Assembly (NCBI GenBank): GCA_963555985.3
Contig: OY820591.1
Span: 2,784,001-2,848,000 of the forward strand
Source of the DNA: Dehalococcoidia bacterium
GTDB lineage: Bacteria; Chloroflexota; Dehalococcoidia; Bin125
DNA length: 64,000 nucleotides
Reading direction: 5' to 3'
This document shows positions 1 to 8,848 of the stretch, piece by piece. Made by a program: the position numbers and the translations under genes. The first letter of the stretch is position 1, and every line of letters begins with the position of its first letter. Under the pieces are notes generated by a model, which made no database searches, was not told where the DNA came from, and saw only the letters and a list, made by a program, of their open reading frames with translations.

Positions 1-308
1 AGGGCGACGACGGCGGTGAGTCCGAAGTACATCACCGAGAGGATGATCAGCGAGGCGATCCAGATGCGGCGGCGGTCGAAGCGGTCGGCGAGCGCGCCCA
101 CGAACATGCCGAAGAGCAGGCGGGGCAGCATCCGGATCAGGAAGGCGAGCGCGACGAAGCCCGCCGCTTCGGTGAGGTCGCGGGCGTAGAGCGAGAGCAC
201 GAGCATGTCGAGCCAGCGCACCATGCCGGTGATCGCGCCGGCTAACCAGACCCGCCGAAACCCGGGGTTCGACAGCAAACTCCGTGACGAACCCGGGGGC
301 CGATTCAC
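1..308 (-). CDS. MFS transporter, 5' part (runs off window start)
   Basis: Manual translation from GTG at 308: MNRPPGSSRSLLSNPGFRRVWLAGAITGMVRWLDML...FVGALADRFDRRRIWI; hydrophobic helices and MFS motif A (GxLaDRfgRR-like). Confidence 0.85.
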   Translation of the reverse strand, partial: MNRPPGSSRSLLSNPGFRRVWLAGAITGMVRWLDMLVLSLYARDLTEAAGFVALAFLIRMLPRLLFGMFVGALADRFDRRRIWIASLIILSVMYFGLTAVVA

Positions 309-319
309 TCAGTTGTCCG

Positions 320-868
320 CTACGCCTCGGCTGCGAGACGCTCCCGCACCCGTTCCTGGAATTCGCGATCTTCGCGCTTGCCCCGATACACCGTCAGGTC
401 AATTGCGCGCCAGACTTCGGGCGTGATCTTGAACAGCATTCGCGGCTCGGTCTGCATGTTGGCGAAGAAGGCGTCTACAGCATCGTCGTTGGCCGGATCG
501 CCGCGGCCGACGTACTTCTCCGCCAGCAGCCGCGAGGTTGGCCAGATGTCGAACTCGGGCAGGGTGAACGCCTCCGCTGTGCCGTCGATCCCGATATGCC
601 CGGGCCCGGGCGTGGAACGCTCGATGCAGAACGAAACGCGCGGATCGCGCATCAGTTGCTTGCACCAGACGCGGCTGAGCGTACCGGTGAACCAGAAGTG
701 TCCGCGCGGCGGATTGCGCACTGGATGCGCGTCGTCGTCCACCTCACCCTCCCAGAGGAACCAGAGCGGGACGGTGTAGGGTCGTCCGTCGGCGCGCAGC
801 GAGGCCAACACGCAACTCTCCGGTTGCTGGAGGAACTCGCGGATCACATCGGGTCGCATTCTGGCCAT
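320..868 (-). CDS. Pyridoxamine 5'-phosphate oxidase-like (split-barrel, probably F420-dependent) protein
   Basis: LASLRADGRPYTVPLWF and RDPRVSFCI motifs typical of PPOX-class proteins. Confidence 0.8.
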   Translation of the reverse strand: MARMRPDVIREFLQQPESCVLASLRADGRPYTVPLWFLWEGEVDDDAHPVRNPPRGHFWFTGTLSRVWCKQLMRDPRVSFCIERSTPGPGHIGIDGTAEAFTLPEFDIWPTSRLLAEKYVGRGDPANDDAVDAFFANMQTEPRMLFKITPEVWRAIDLTVYRGKREDREFQERVRERLAAEA

Positions 869-940
869 CTCAACTCCCCCATCCGTCAGTCTGTCACTGC
901 ACCGACATTGCCCCGATGGTAAGCCAACGTTGCCCGCGCT

Positions 941-994
941 CCGTCATTGCCGCCCTTCTCCGTCATTGCCGCGCTCCGCCGCGGCAATCTCGCC
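941..994 (+). repeat. REP-like palindrome (GTCATTGCCGCG...CGCGGCAATCTCG type) with duplicated GTCA foot
   Basis: ccgtcattgccgc occurs twice 19 bp apart, followed by the hairpin arm gcggcaatctcg. Confidence 0.8.
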
Positions 995-1042
995 GTGGTC
1001 GAATGCCGACCCCACCTCAGCGGCAAGTCTGCCATATAAGCC

Positions 1043-1197
1043 CCTTTGCAAAGGTCTCCTGTGGGCGCGTTGGAGCTTGGGGGGGCGGATCGCGCGATGC
1101 AAGGTCGGCGGTACGACCAGCTTGGGAGTGGCTTCATACTTGGTTGCTTCGAGATTCCCGCCTGCGCGGGAATGACGGAAATGGGGGTTTGCGCAGG
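1043..1197 (-). repeat. Composite repeat containing a REP (GTCATTCCCGC...GCGGGAATCTC); uninterrupted counterpart of the IS30 target site
   Basis: Reverse complement ccatttccgtcattcccgcgcaggcgggaatctcgaagca...tggtcgtaccgcc...gcatcgcgcgatccg aligns with 13611-13640 joined to 14684-14753. Confidence 0.85.
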
Positions 1198-1240
1198 CCG
1201 CTCTGCATGGGAATGACAGTGGCACCTGGGCCTTGCCGGG

Positions 1241-1744
1241 TCAGATGTCCTGGCCCGGCTCAAACTCCGACAGATCAATCGCCCGCCACTTGATCGGCGC
1301 GACCTTGAACAGCATCGGCGTCATCGACTGCGTCGACTCCATGTACTGGTCAACCGCTTCGTCGTTGGCCGGATCGCCGCGTCCGACGTACTTCTCCACC
1401 AGCCGGCGCATGATCGGCCACGGATCGGCGTCCGCCTCGGACAAGACCTCAACCGTCCCGTCGATGCCCACATGCTTGGCTGGCGGTCCCTCCACATCGA
1501 TACAGAGGGACATGCGCGGATCCTGCTGCAAGTGCCGGACCCAGGTGCTCGTCTCGCCACCCAGGAACCAGGCGTGGCCCTGCGGCGGATTGCGGATCGG
1601 ATGCACATCGTCCGGCACCTCGCCTTCCCACAGGTACCAGAGCGGGATCGTGTAGGGACTGCCGTCGCGCCGCAGCGTCGCCAGGATCGCCGGCAGCGGC
1701 TCATCCAGGAACTCACGCAGGACTTCGGCTCGCATCTCAAACAT
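1241..1744 (-). CDS. PPOX-like (probably F420-dependent) protein, paralog of 320-868
   Basis: LATLRRDGSPYTIPLWY, QDPRMSLCI; closely similar to the neighbouring paralog. Confidence 0.8.
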   Translation of the reverse strand: MFEMRAEVLREFLDEPLPAILATLRRDGSPYTIPLWYLWEGEVPDDVHPIRNPPQGHAWFLGGETSTWVRHLQQDPRMSLCIDVEGPPAKHVGIDGTVEVLSEADADPWPIMRRLVEKYVGRGDPANDEAVDQYMESTQSMTPMLFKVAPIKWRAIDLSEFEPGQDI

Positions 1745-1758
1745 CGCGCAATCCTTCC

Positions 1759-2673
1759 TTACGGCGTTGAGGGCAGACCGAGCAGTTCCCGCGCTTCCCC
1801 CGGACTCGCAACTGGACGCCCGACCTCGTCGCAGAGCGAGACCAGTTCCTCAAGCAGCTCGGTATTCGAGGGCGCGCGATCCCCGTCCCAGAAGTCCTCG
1901 AGGCCGACGCGGACGTGTCCGCCCTTCTCCAGCGCGAGACGGGCGAATCCGCTGCCCACGACATCTCCGCCGAGCACGGCGACCGACCATTCCAGGCCGG
2001 TGCCTTCGAGCATCGAGAGGTAGGCGTCGAGGCAGGGTTCGTTGGGCAGCATTCCGAAGCCCAGCGGGCCGCGGCCGGTACCGCCGAAGTAGAGCTTGAC
2101 GAGGGAGCCGCTCGGTACCAGTCCCTTGGCCGCGTAGGCGAGCACGACGCGGAGGAAGCCCGGTTCGAAGATCGAGATTGACGCGCCGCGACCCATGCGG
2201 TTGGCCAGGGCAAACATCTGACGCGCGTCGCGGTAGGTGTTGATGTAGACCGCGTCGACGTCATTCGGCAGGCCGTCCGCATCGCCGCCGCCCAGTGCGA
2301 CGCAGCCCGGGTCGATCAGACCCTGGCCCAACACGCCCGCCGCCTCCAGCGCCGCGAGGTGGCTGAGCCGCACGTGAATGTCGGTACCCGGCCCGCCGCT
2401 GGCCTGGGTGGGATAGAAGATCGTGTCCGGGCGTTGGTCGAGCGCCGCGCTCCAGGCGTCGATGTAGGGCTGCGGATCGTGCCAACCGGCGCGCAAGCGC
2501 GAGCGCTCGCCGATCACCTCGTCGTCGTTGTGGTTATGCACGATCGCCGCGCCCGCATCAACGGCGCGCACCGCGTCGGCTGCGATCTCCTCGACCGAAC
2601 GAGGGGAGTTGGAGTTGCGGGATTTGGGCGTGCCGCCGTTGATGGCGGCTTCGATCACGACAGGTTTGGACAT
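1759..2673 (-). CDS. Beta-keto acid cleavage enzyme (BKACE / 3-keto-5-aminohexanoate cleavage family, DUF849)
   Basis: VIEAAING, AGAAIVHNH metal-binding HxH, GGHVRVGLED motifs. Confidence 0.9.
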   Translation of the reverse strand: MSKPVVIEAAINGGTPKSRNSNSPRSVEEIAADAVRAVDAGAAIVHNHNDDEVIGERSRLRAGWHDPQPYIDAWSAALDQRPDTIFYPTQASGGPGTDIHVRLSHLAALEAAGVLGQGLIDPGCVALGGGDADGLPNDVDAVYINTYRDARQMFALANRMGRGASISIFEPGFLRVVLAYAAKGLVPSGSLVKLYFGGTGRGPLGFGMLPNEPCLDAYLSMLEGTGLEWSVAVLGGDVVGSGFARLALEKGGHVRVGLEDFWDGDRAPSNTELLEELVSLCDEVGRPVASPGEARELLGLPSTP

Positions 2674-2732
2674 GGTTCAGCCTCCGTGCAGGGTTGCAGT
2701 CTAGGCGTTGCTCTCAGCCCCTCCCCGCCTCC

Positions 2733-2847
2733 GTCATTGCCGCGCTCCGCCGCAGCCTGCCCCTGGCCTGAACAGGGGGCAATCTCGCCGTGTTCGCGAC
2801 GACGGTGCAGATAACGGCGAGATACCCGCGACAAGCGCGGGTATGAC
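2733..2847. repeat. REP doublet (REPIN-like) with nested ~24 bp hairpin insert at 2754-2777
   Basis: gtcattgccgcg...ggcaatctcgccg / spacer / cggcgagatacccgcg...cgcgggtatgac; similar to 24717-24807 and 5459-5553. Confidence 0.85.
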
Positions 2848-2946
2848 GATCCTTGATCTACGCAACGGCCTCCGCAGCCAGTGAACCCAAACCACATCCC
2901 CGCATCTCTGTCACCCACGTCACAACCCGCACTGCCTCAAACCGTC

Positions 2947-2969
2947 TATCCTGATGCGAACATCAGTAC
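2947..2969 (+). promoter_or_regulatory. Putative -10 (TATCCT) followed by LexA-type box GAAC-ATCA-GTAC
   Basis: Direct reading; one mismatch to GAAC-N4-GTTC. Confidence 0.5.
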
Positions 2970-3257
2970 ACCAACAGCTCGCAAGGCGGCTCAATCATGC
3001 TCAGCTTCCCGCAGCCCCGGAGCCAATCAAGGCTGAACAAACCTGAACATCCTGAACGCCGTTCAGCCCGAGCAAGCCTGAACAACGCTGAACGCCCTGA
3101 ACAGCGTTTCTCCCAGCCAACACAGGAGATCAGCGATCTGCGCCGGCCAGAAAAAATTCTTCCTGAACGCCTGGGGCCGTCTTTTTTTTCGGCTCGCCCA
3201 AGAGTTTTTTTCTTCTCCCGAGTGCCGTCCGTTCGGAAGCGAACGAGGATGCAGGTT

Positions 3258-3347
3258 CCGCTGCCGCGCTGCGCAAGGGCAATCTCGATCCGTTGGCGAC
3301 GATGGCGCTGGTCACGGCGAGATACCCGCGGCAAGCGCGGGTATGAC
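3258..3347. repeat. REP doublet (degenerate left arm)
   Basis: gcaatctcg ... cggcgagatacccgcggcaagcgcgggtatgac. Confidence 0.75.
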
Positions 3348-3467
3348 GGTTGTTCATCGGTCTCCGGGGGAGAGAGAAAGGGATTGTTGGCGGAGCTGCG
3401 TTTCTCTGTCTCTGGCAATTCCGATCCCGATTTGGCATATTGCGCGTGAACGAACAGGAGCACCGCC

Positions 3468-4766
3468 ATGATGATCGGCTACTTCACCGAGCGACCCTAC
3501 CAGGACCCGCAGACTGGGTTCTTCGGTGCGACCGGACTTGACCTGACCGACCTCGACGCCTCGAACTCGGCCTACGACCCGCGCGTTGGTTCCGACCTCT
3601 ACCACCGCTATCTAGACGAGAAACTGTATGCGGAGGAGATGGGCTTCGACGCGCTGATGCTGAACGAACATCACTCCACGCCCTTCTGTATGGGTTCGGT
3701 GATGAATGTGGAGGCGGCGATCCTGGCGCGGATCACGCGCAAGGCCAAGATCGTGCTGCTGGGCAACATCCTGCCGATCTGGGAGGATCCGCTCTGGCTG
3801 GCGGAGACGCTGGCCCAGATCGACATGATCTCGGGCGGACGGTTGGTCACCGGCTGGGTGCGCGGCGGCGGGCGTGAGTCGGTCTCGCACAACGCCCAGG
3901 CGCCCTTCAACTGGGAGCGCTTCCAGGAGGCGCACGACTTTGTGGTCAAAGCCTGGTCGACCGCCGGCCCCTTCCGCTGGGAGGGCGAGCACTACAACTT
4001 CCGCTACGTGAATCCGTGGTCGCGCCCGATCCAGGACCCGCATCCGCAGATCTGGATCCCGGGGATCATGTCGCGCAACACGGTCAAGTGGACGGCGGAG
4101 CACCGCTACCCCTACATCATGCTCGCCACCGACCTCGAGCCGACCAAGCAGTCGTTCGACTACTACGACGAGGTGGCGCGGGAGAACGGCTATGAGGCCG
4201 GCTCCGAGCATCACGGCTACCTCTTCAAAGTCCACGTGGACGAGACCGAAGAGCTGGCCGAGGAAGCGGGCCGCCGCTACCTGCAAGGCCCCTCCAACCC
4301 CTTCCTCGAAGGCAATCAGGGCGTCGTCCGCGCCAATCTCCAGAACCTGCCCGGCCTGACCTCGCGCACCAACGTCCTGCCCACGATCCAGAACTTCGCC
4401 GCCGCCGCCTCGCGCGGTCGCACCGCCGCCGCCGAAGCCGCCCTCGCCGCCCGCGAGCAGGAGCAGCCCGAAGCAGCCGACATCTTCGGCTCCTACGAAG
4501 ACCAGAAGGCGCGAATGACGATCATCACGGGCACGCCCAAAACGGTGATTCCCAAGATCCGGCACGTGCTCGAATACCTGCGCCCCGGCCAGATTTTCTT
4601 CTGGGACGGCGACGGCGCAATGACGCACGAAGACTCAATGCGCTCCCTGCGCCTGTTCGGCGAGGAAGTGATCCCGGCCACGCGCGAGATCGCCAAGGAG
4701 CTCGATCTCAAATCAGCCTTCGAGGTGGACACCAAGACGGGCGCCGATCTGACCGCGGCACCGTAG
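3468..4766 (+). CDS. Luciferase-like (LLM class) flavin-dependent oxidoreductase
   Basis: AEEMGFDALMLNEHH, DMISGGRL, PIQDPHPQIW, SLRLFGEEVIP motifs; RBS aggag. Confidence 0.9.
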   Translation: MMIGYFTERPYQDPQTGFFGATGLDLTDLDASNSAYDPRVGSDLYHRYLDEKLYAEEMGFDALMLNEHHSTPFCMGSVMNVEAAILARITRKAKIVLLGNILPIWEDPLWLAETLAQIDMISGGRLVTGWVRGGGRESVSHNAQAPFNWERFQEAHDFVVKAWSTAGPFRWEGEHYNFRYVNPWSRPIQDPHPQIWIPGIMSRNTVKWTAEHRYPYIMLATDLEPTKQSFDYYDEVARENGYEAGSEHHGYLFKVHVDETEELAEEAGRRYLQGPSNPFLEGNQGVVRANLQNLPGLTSRTNVLPTIQNFAAAASRGRTAAAEAALAAREQEQPEAADIFGSYEDQKARMTIITGTPKTVIPKIRHVLEYLRPGQIFFWDGDGAMTHEDSMRSLRLFGEEVIPATREIAKELDLKSAFEVDTKTGADLTAAP

Positions 4767-5063
4767 GCGTTCTCAGTCGTCAAGAAGGCTGCCAGTGGGT
4801 ATGTTGAAGTCCATGGCAGCCTTCAACCGGATCAAGCAGATCCGCGTTGGGAGAGGCATGTGTGCCCGAGCGAGCGCGTATCCGCTCCTCACCGACCAGG
4901 CGCGAATTCAGGCAGGGCCTCACGCGCAGGCAGCGGGCATCGCTGGTCAAGTTCACGCTCGTTTGAGCTACTTTGCTAGCAGTTGCCGTTGCCGGCAGTG
5001 GGATTTTCCGGAGCCGATGACGGTCGCACGCTGAGCTCTCTTCGAGAGGATTACACTCCAGAC

Positions 5064-5339
5064 ATGGCGCTGATACAGCAACTCCGCATCTTCGAGATCA
5101 TCAAGCCTCATTGGGGCAGCGATGACGCACGTCACTTCGTTAATGCCCTGGGCGATGAACTCGATCCTCTCGTCAAGGACGAACAAGTCCGTTCCATCGT
5201 TCGAGAGATGACAGCGCTGTTCGGTGCAGCTCTTGCTCAATCAGAAGCGCGCGTGATCAAATTCGTTGTTGGCGCAAGCGCAGCCGTGATCGCGACCATG
5301 GGCATCTGTACCGGCATCATCGTCGCCTTCCTCGGTTAA
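5064..5339 (+). CDS. Small protein with helical region and C-terminal TM segment (DUF1640/CCDC90-like architecture)
   Basis: MALIQQLRIFE...EARVIKFVVGASAAVIATMGICTGIIVAFLG. Confidence 0.55.
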   Translation: MALIQQLRIFEIIKPHWGSDDARHFVNALGDELDPLVKDEQVRSIVREMTALFGAALAQSEARVIKFVVGASAAVIATMGICTGIIVAFLG

Positions 5340-5364
5340 CTGCCGGGGCCTCGCCCGTGTCGTT

Positions 5365-5447
5365 CATTGGCGAGTGGTGACGGTATTCTTCGACCACCGG
5401 CGGCGAAGCACGCGATGAAACTCAAGATCGACAACGAAGCTGACGCG
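5365..5447 (+). pseudogene. Remnant junction of a DUF4258/DUF2283-like toxin-antitoxin pair
   Basis: WRVVTVFFDHRRRSTR-stop (TGA 5416-5418) overlapping ATG 5415 of MKLKIDNEADA, cut off next to the REP doublet. Confidence 0.55.
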
Positions 5448-5458
5448 CCCATAGCACC

Positions 5459-5553
5459 GTCATACCCGCGCTTGCCGCGGGTATCTCGCTGAGTCGAGCA
5501 CGAACGTTGGTGCAGCACATGGCGAGATTGCCGCGGCGGGGCACGGCAATGAC
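5459..5553. repeat. REP doublet (REPIN-like)
   Basis: gtcatacccgcg...cgcgggtatctcg / spacer / cgagattgccgcgg...cggcaatgac. Confidence 0.85.
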
Positions 5554-5651
5554 GGAGACGAGGGATTGCGCATCGGTCTCTGCGAGGGGGAGCAGAAGCT
5601 CAAAGCGCCGCTGTGATCGATCCCTCATTCGCCCATCTGAACAGGCTCGGG

Positions 5652-6620
5652 CTAGCGCAATTCGTCCACGATCTCCGACAACTCCGCCATCGCCTCCATC
5701 TGACGCTCCGGATGAATATCCCAGGCCGGAACATCGTACGCGGGCATCGTCAGCGCATGATCCAGACCTGCATCCGAATATGCCCCCAGCGTGTCCACGA
5801 TCTGGTCTCGGGAACCGCCGGCGACCGCTGGAAACGCGCTCACGCTTGACGGATCGCCGCTGAGCAGCACCATCGGACCCAGCATCGAGACTTCGACCTC
5901 TGCGGGGTCCCGACCGGCCCGTTCGAGCTCTTCGTTGACCAGCGCGATCTCGGCTGCGACCTCATCGGGCGTTGACGTGATCGTGTGGTAACCGTCGCCG
6001 TAGCGCGCGACTCGGCGGGCGGCAATCGGCCCCTTGCCGCCGATCCAGATTGGGACGTGAGGCTGCTGCACGCACTGCACCAGACCGCCCATTTCGCCGA
6101 AGCTACGGAACTCGCCTTCGTAGGAGATCGGGCCGTCGCCGGTCCAGGCTGCCTGGGCGATCCGCATCCACTCGTCCGTCACCGCGCCCCGGCGGGTGAA
6201 CGGCTCTCCGCCCAGGCCCAGCGCCTCAAACTCCTCCTCCATCCAGCCCACGCCGATGCCCAGCACGATCCGTCCGTGCGAGAGCCGATCGAGCGTGGCG
6301 ATCATCTGCGCCTGCACGAGCGGGTCGCGGTAGGGGATGATCAGGACGCTGGTCCCGATCTGCACCTGGCTGGTGCGCACCGCCACCGCCGCCATCGTGG
6401 CGATCGGGTCGAAGATGTCCTGGTGATAGGCGAAGCCGGCGACGCCGCTCTCGTTGTAGGGATAGCGCGAGCCGATCCGGGCGGGCATGAAGACGTGATC
6501 GTGTACCCAAACCGAGTCGAAGCCGAGCAGCTCTGCGCGCTCGGCGACGTCGACCACATCGCTGATGTCGCCGTACTTGCCGTAGGTGCCGAAGTTGCCA
6601 ATCGGAATCCCAAACTTCAT
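5652..6620 (-). CDS. LLM class F420-dependent oxidoreductase (Rv2161c-like)
   Basis: AELLGFDSVWVHDHV, SRYPY, TLDRLSHGRIVLGIGVGWMEEEF. Confidence 0.88.
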   Translation of the reverse strand: MKFGIPIGNFGTYGKYGDISDVVDVAERAELLGFDSVWVHDHVFMPARIGSRYPYNESGVAGFAYHQDIFDPIATMAAVAVRTSQVQIGTSVLIIPYRDPLVQAQMIATLDRLSHGRIVLGIGVGWMEEEFEALGLGGEPFTRRGAVTDEWMRIAQAAWTGDGPISYEGEFRSFGEMGGLVQCVQQPHVPIWIGGKGPIAARRVARYGDGYHTITSTPDEVAAEIALVNEELERAGRDPAEVEVSMLGPMVLLSGDPSSVSAFPAVAGGSRDQIVDTLGAYSDAGLDHALTMPAYDVPAWDIHPERQMEAMAELSEIVDELR

Positions 6621-6640
6621 CTCAAGCTCCTGATCTCCAC

Positions 6641-6688
6641 TCTCCCCCCGCTCTGTGGGGGGAGATGTCCCGTAGGGACAGAGGGGGG
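6641..6688 (+). repeat. Double-hairpin repeat (CTCCCCC..GGGGGAGATGTCCCGTAGGGACAGAGGGGG family), insert-free copy
   Basis: Related copies at ~15740-15795, 22955-22990, 52531-52600, 53952-54026, 56492-56535. Confidence 0.8.
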
Positions 6689-6698
6689 TCTGCCACTC

Positions 6699-7664
6699 CT
6701 ATTGAAACGCCGGCAGTAGTTCGGACGACATGAACTCCATGCCTCGCATGACTCGTTCGAGCTGGGATTCGCCCTGGAACGTTGGCGTGCCGACAAGGTG
6801 TTCGAGGCCGACCTTGCCGAACTGGAGCAGGTCTGCGGCTATCTGGTCGGGTGATCCGTTCAGCAGCGGTCGTCCGTCCTCGTCCAGCGACGTGTCCGTC
6901 AGGAAGATCCCCGAGAGCATCGAGATCTCCAGTTCGTCGGGATCGCGCCGGTCGCGGCGGCAGGCGGCGTGCAGACCCTCGACCTCGGCGGCGAGGTTCT
7001 CGGGCGACTGGAAGGCGGCGTGGAAGCCGTCGCCCCAGCGCGAGGCTCTGCGCCAGGCGTTGATGCCGTTGCCGCCGATCACGATTGGGATGCTGCCGCC
7101 GTCCTCGCGTTGGGCGGGTTTGGGATATGCGCCGACTTGATCGAAGGAGACGTAGCGGCCGTGGAACGAGGACGGTCCGGTGTTCGTCCACATCTCCTTC
7201 ATCGCGCGCAGGAACTCGTTCGTGACTGCGCCGCGGCGGCGGTAGTGCTCCTCCGAGAGGCCGAGCGCTTCGAACTCCTCGCGCATCCAGCCGACGCCTG
7301 CGCCGAGGACGATCCGTCCGCCCGAGAGCCGATCCGCCGCCGCCAGCATCTTGGCGGTGACGGCCGGGTGTCGGTAGGGGATGACCAGCACCGAGACGCC
7401 GATCTCGACGGATTCCGTCGCTTCGGCCAGGGCGCACATCATCGTCAGCGGCTCGAAGCACTCGATTGAGGGAGGCGCGGGGAAGTCGCCGGTCTCGTTG
7501 TAGGGATAGCGCGACTCGATTGAGGTTGGGATGACCACGTGGTCGTTGCACCAAACCGAATCGAAGCCGAGGTCTTCGGCGGCCTGGGCGACTTCGAGGC
7601 AGGCGTCCACGCCTCCCGGATCACCGAATCCGCCCATGTTGCCTACGCCAACGCCGAATCGCAT
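6699..7664 (-). CDS. LLM class F420-dependent oxidoreductase (Rv2161c-like), tandem paralog
   Basis: AEDLGFDSVWCNDHV, SRYPY, DRLSGGRIVLGAGVGWMREEF. Confidence 0.88.
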   Translation of the reverse strand: MRFGVGVGNMGGFGDPGGVDACLEVAQAAEDLGFDSVWCNDHVVIPTSIESRYPYNETGDFPAPPSIECFEPLTMMCALAEATESVEIGVSVLVIPYRHPAVTAKMLAAADRLSGGRIVLGAGVGWMREEFEALGLSEEHYRRRGAVTNEFLRAMKEMWTNTGPSSFHGRYVSFDQVGAYPKPAQREDGGSIPIVIGGNGINAWRRASRWGDGFHAAFQSPENLAAEVEGLHAACRRDRRDPDELEISMLSGIFLTDTSLDEDGRPLLNGSPDQIAADLLQFGKVGLEHLVGTPTFQGESQLERVMRGMEFMSSELLPAFQ

Positions 7665-7804
7665 GGCCGCCCCTCCAAACGTTCGGCCGCGCTGTTGCCG
7701 ATGCGCGGCTGCGCGAATAGTAGGCGTTCAGGCGCAGGCGCTGCCAGACGAGTCGGCGATACACTGGCGCTCGCAGGCCGTGGACGGCGGATGCGGAGGC
7801 GGCA

Positions 7805-8848
7805 ATGTCGGAGTGGTCTCGCGCGAAGCCCGCAACCGCAGCACCATCCGAGGCCGTGCCTGTGGCTGCGCCCGCTCCGAGCGCGCCTCCTGCGCCGCTC
7901 CCGGATCATGCGCCGTTTGCCGATCTCCGCGCCGAGATCGCGCAGGTGATCGTCGGGCAGGATGCGCTGATCACGCGGCTGCTGATCGCGCTGCTCTGCG
8001 ATGGACACTGCCTGATCGAGGGCGTGCCTGGATTGGCGAAGTCGCTGACTGTGAGTACGCTCGCGGCCTGTCTGGACGCCGACTACACACGCTTGCAGTT
8101 CACTCCGGATTTGCTGCCGGCAGACCTCACCGGCAGCGAGATCTACAACGCGGCCCAGGCCGAATTTCATGTGCGGCAGGGGCCGATCTTCACCAATGTG
8201 CTGCTCGCTGACGAGATCAACCGCGCGCCGGCCAAGGTGCAATCGGCGCTGCTTGAGGCGATGCAGGAGCGGCAGGTCTCGATCGGCGGGGAGAGTTTTC
8301 CTTTGCCGCAGCCGTTTCTGGTGCTGGCGACGCAGAATCCGATTGAGCAGGAAGGCACCTATCCGCTGCCGGAAGCGCAGCTCGATCGCTTCATGCTCAA
8401 GGTGGTGGTGGATTATCCGGGCGAACTTGACGAGCGCGAGGTGCTTGACCGCCAGCTCGATGCAGCCGTGCCCACTGTGCAATCAGTGACGGACACGGCT
8501 GCATTGCTCGATGCGCGTCGTTCCGTCGCTGAAGTGCGGCTGGAACCGTCGCTGCGGGACTACATCGTGCAGCTCGCGCGGGCGACGCGCGCGCCTGCTC
8601 GCTGGCGGCGCGAACTGGCGGCCTATGTCCGCCACGGCGCTTCGCCGCGAGCGACGGCTGCGCTGGCGCAGGCGGCGCGCGCCCATGCCTGGCTCTCGGG
8701 CCGCGATTATGCGACTCCCGACGACGTGAAGACGCTCGCCTTGGACACCCTGCGGCACCGGATCGTGCTGAGCTACGAAGCCGAAGCCGACGAAATCGAC
8801 TCCGACCAGGTAATCAGCGAACTGTTGCAAGCATTGCCCCTACCGTGA
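7805..8848 (+). CDS. moxR: MoxR family AAA+ ATPase
   Basis: Walker [19 protein letters not shown], Walker [46 protein letters not shown]. Confidence 0.95.
   Translation: MSEWSRAKPATAAPSEAVPVAAPAPSAPPAPLPDHAPFADLRAEIAQVIVGQDALITRLLIALLCDGHCLIEGVPGLAKSLTVSTLAACLDADYTRLQFTPDLLPADLTGSEIYNAAQAEFHVRQGPIFTNVLLADEINRAPAKVQSALLEAMQERQVSIGGESFPLPQPFLVLATQNPIEQEGTYPLPEAQLDRFMLKVVVDYPGELDEREVLDRQLDAAVPTVQSVTDTAALLDARRSVAEVRLEPSLRDYIVQLARATRAPARWRRELAAYVRHGASPRATAALAQAARAHAWLSGRDYATPDDVKTLALDTLRHRIVLSYEAEADEIDSDQVISELLQALPLP

Noticed and set aside
2997-3449. ORF as a confident protein-coding gene
   Set aside because: It runs through T-tracts and a REP doublet and has no clear RBS; treated as a decayed or non-coding unit
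4784-4824. 11-bp stem gaaggctgcca/tggcagccttc after the LLM gene as ncRNA
   Set aside because: A single hairpin without other support; probably a terminator or stability element
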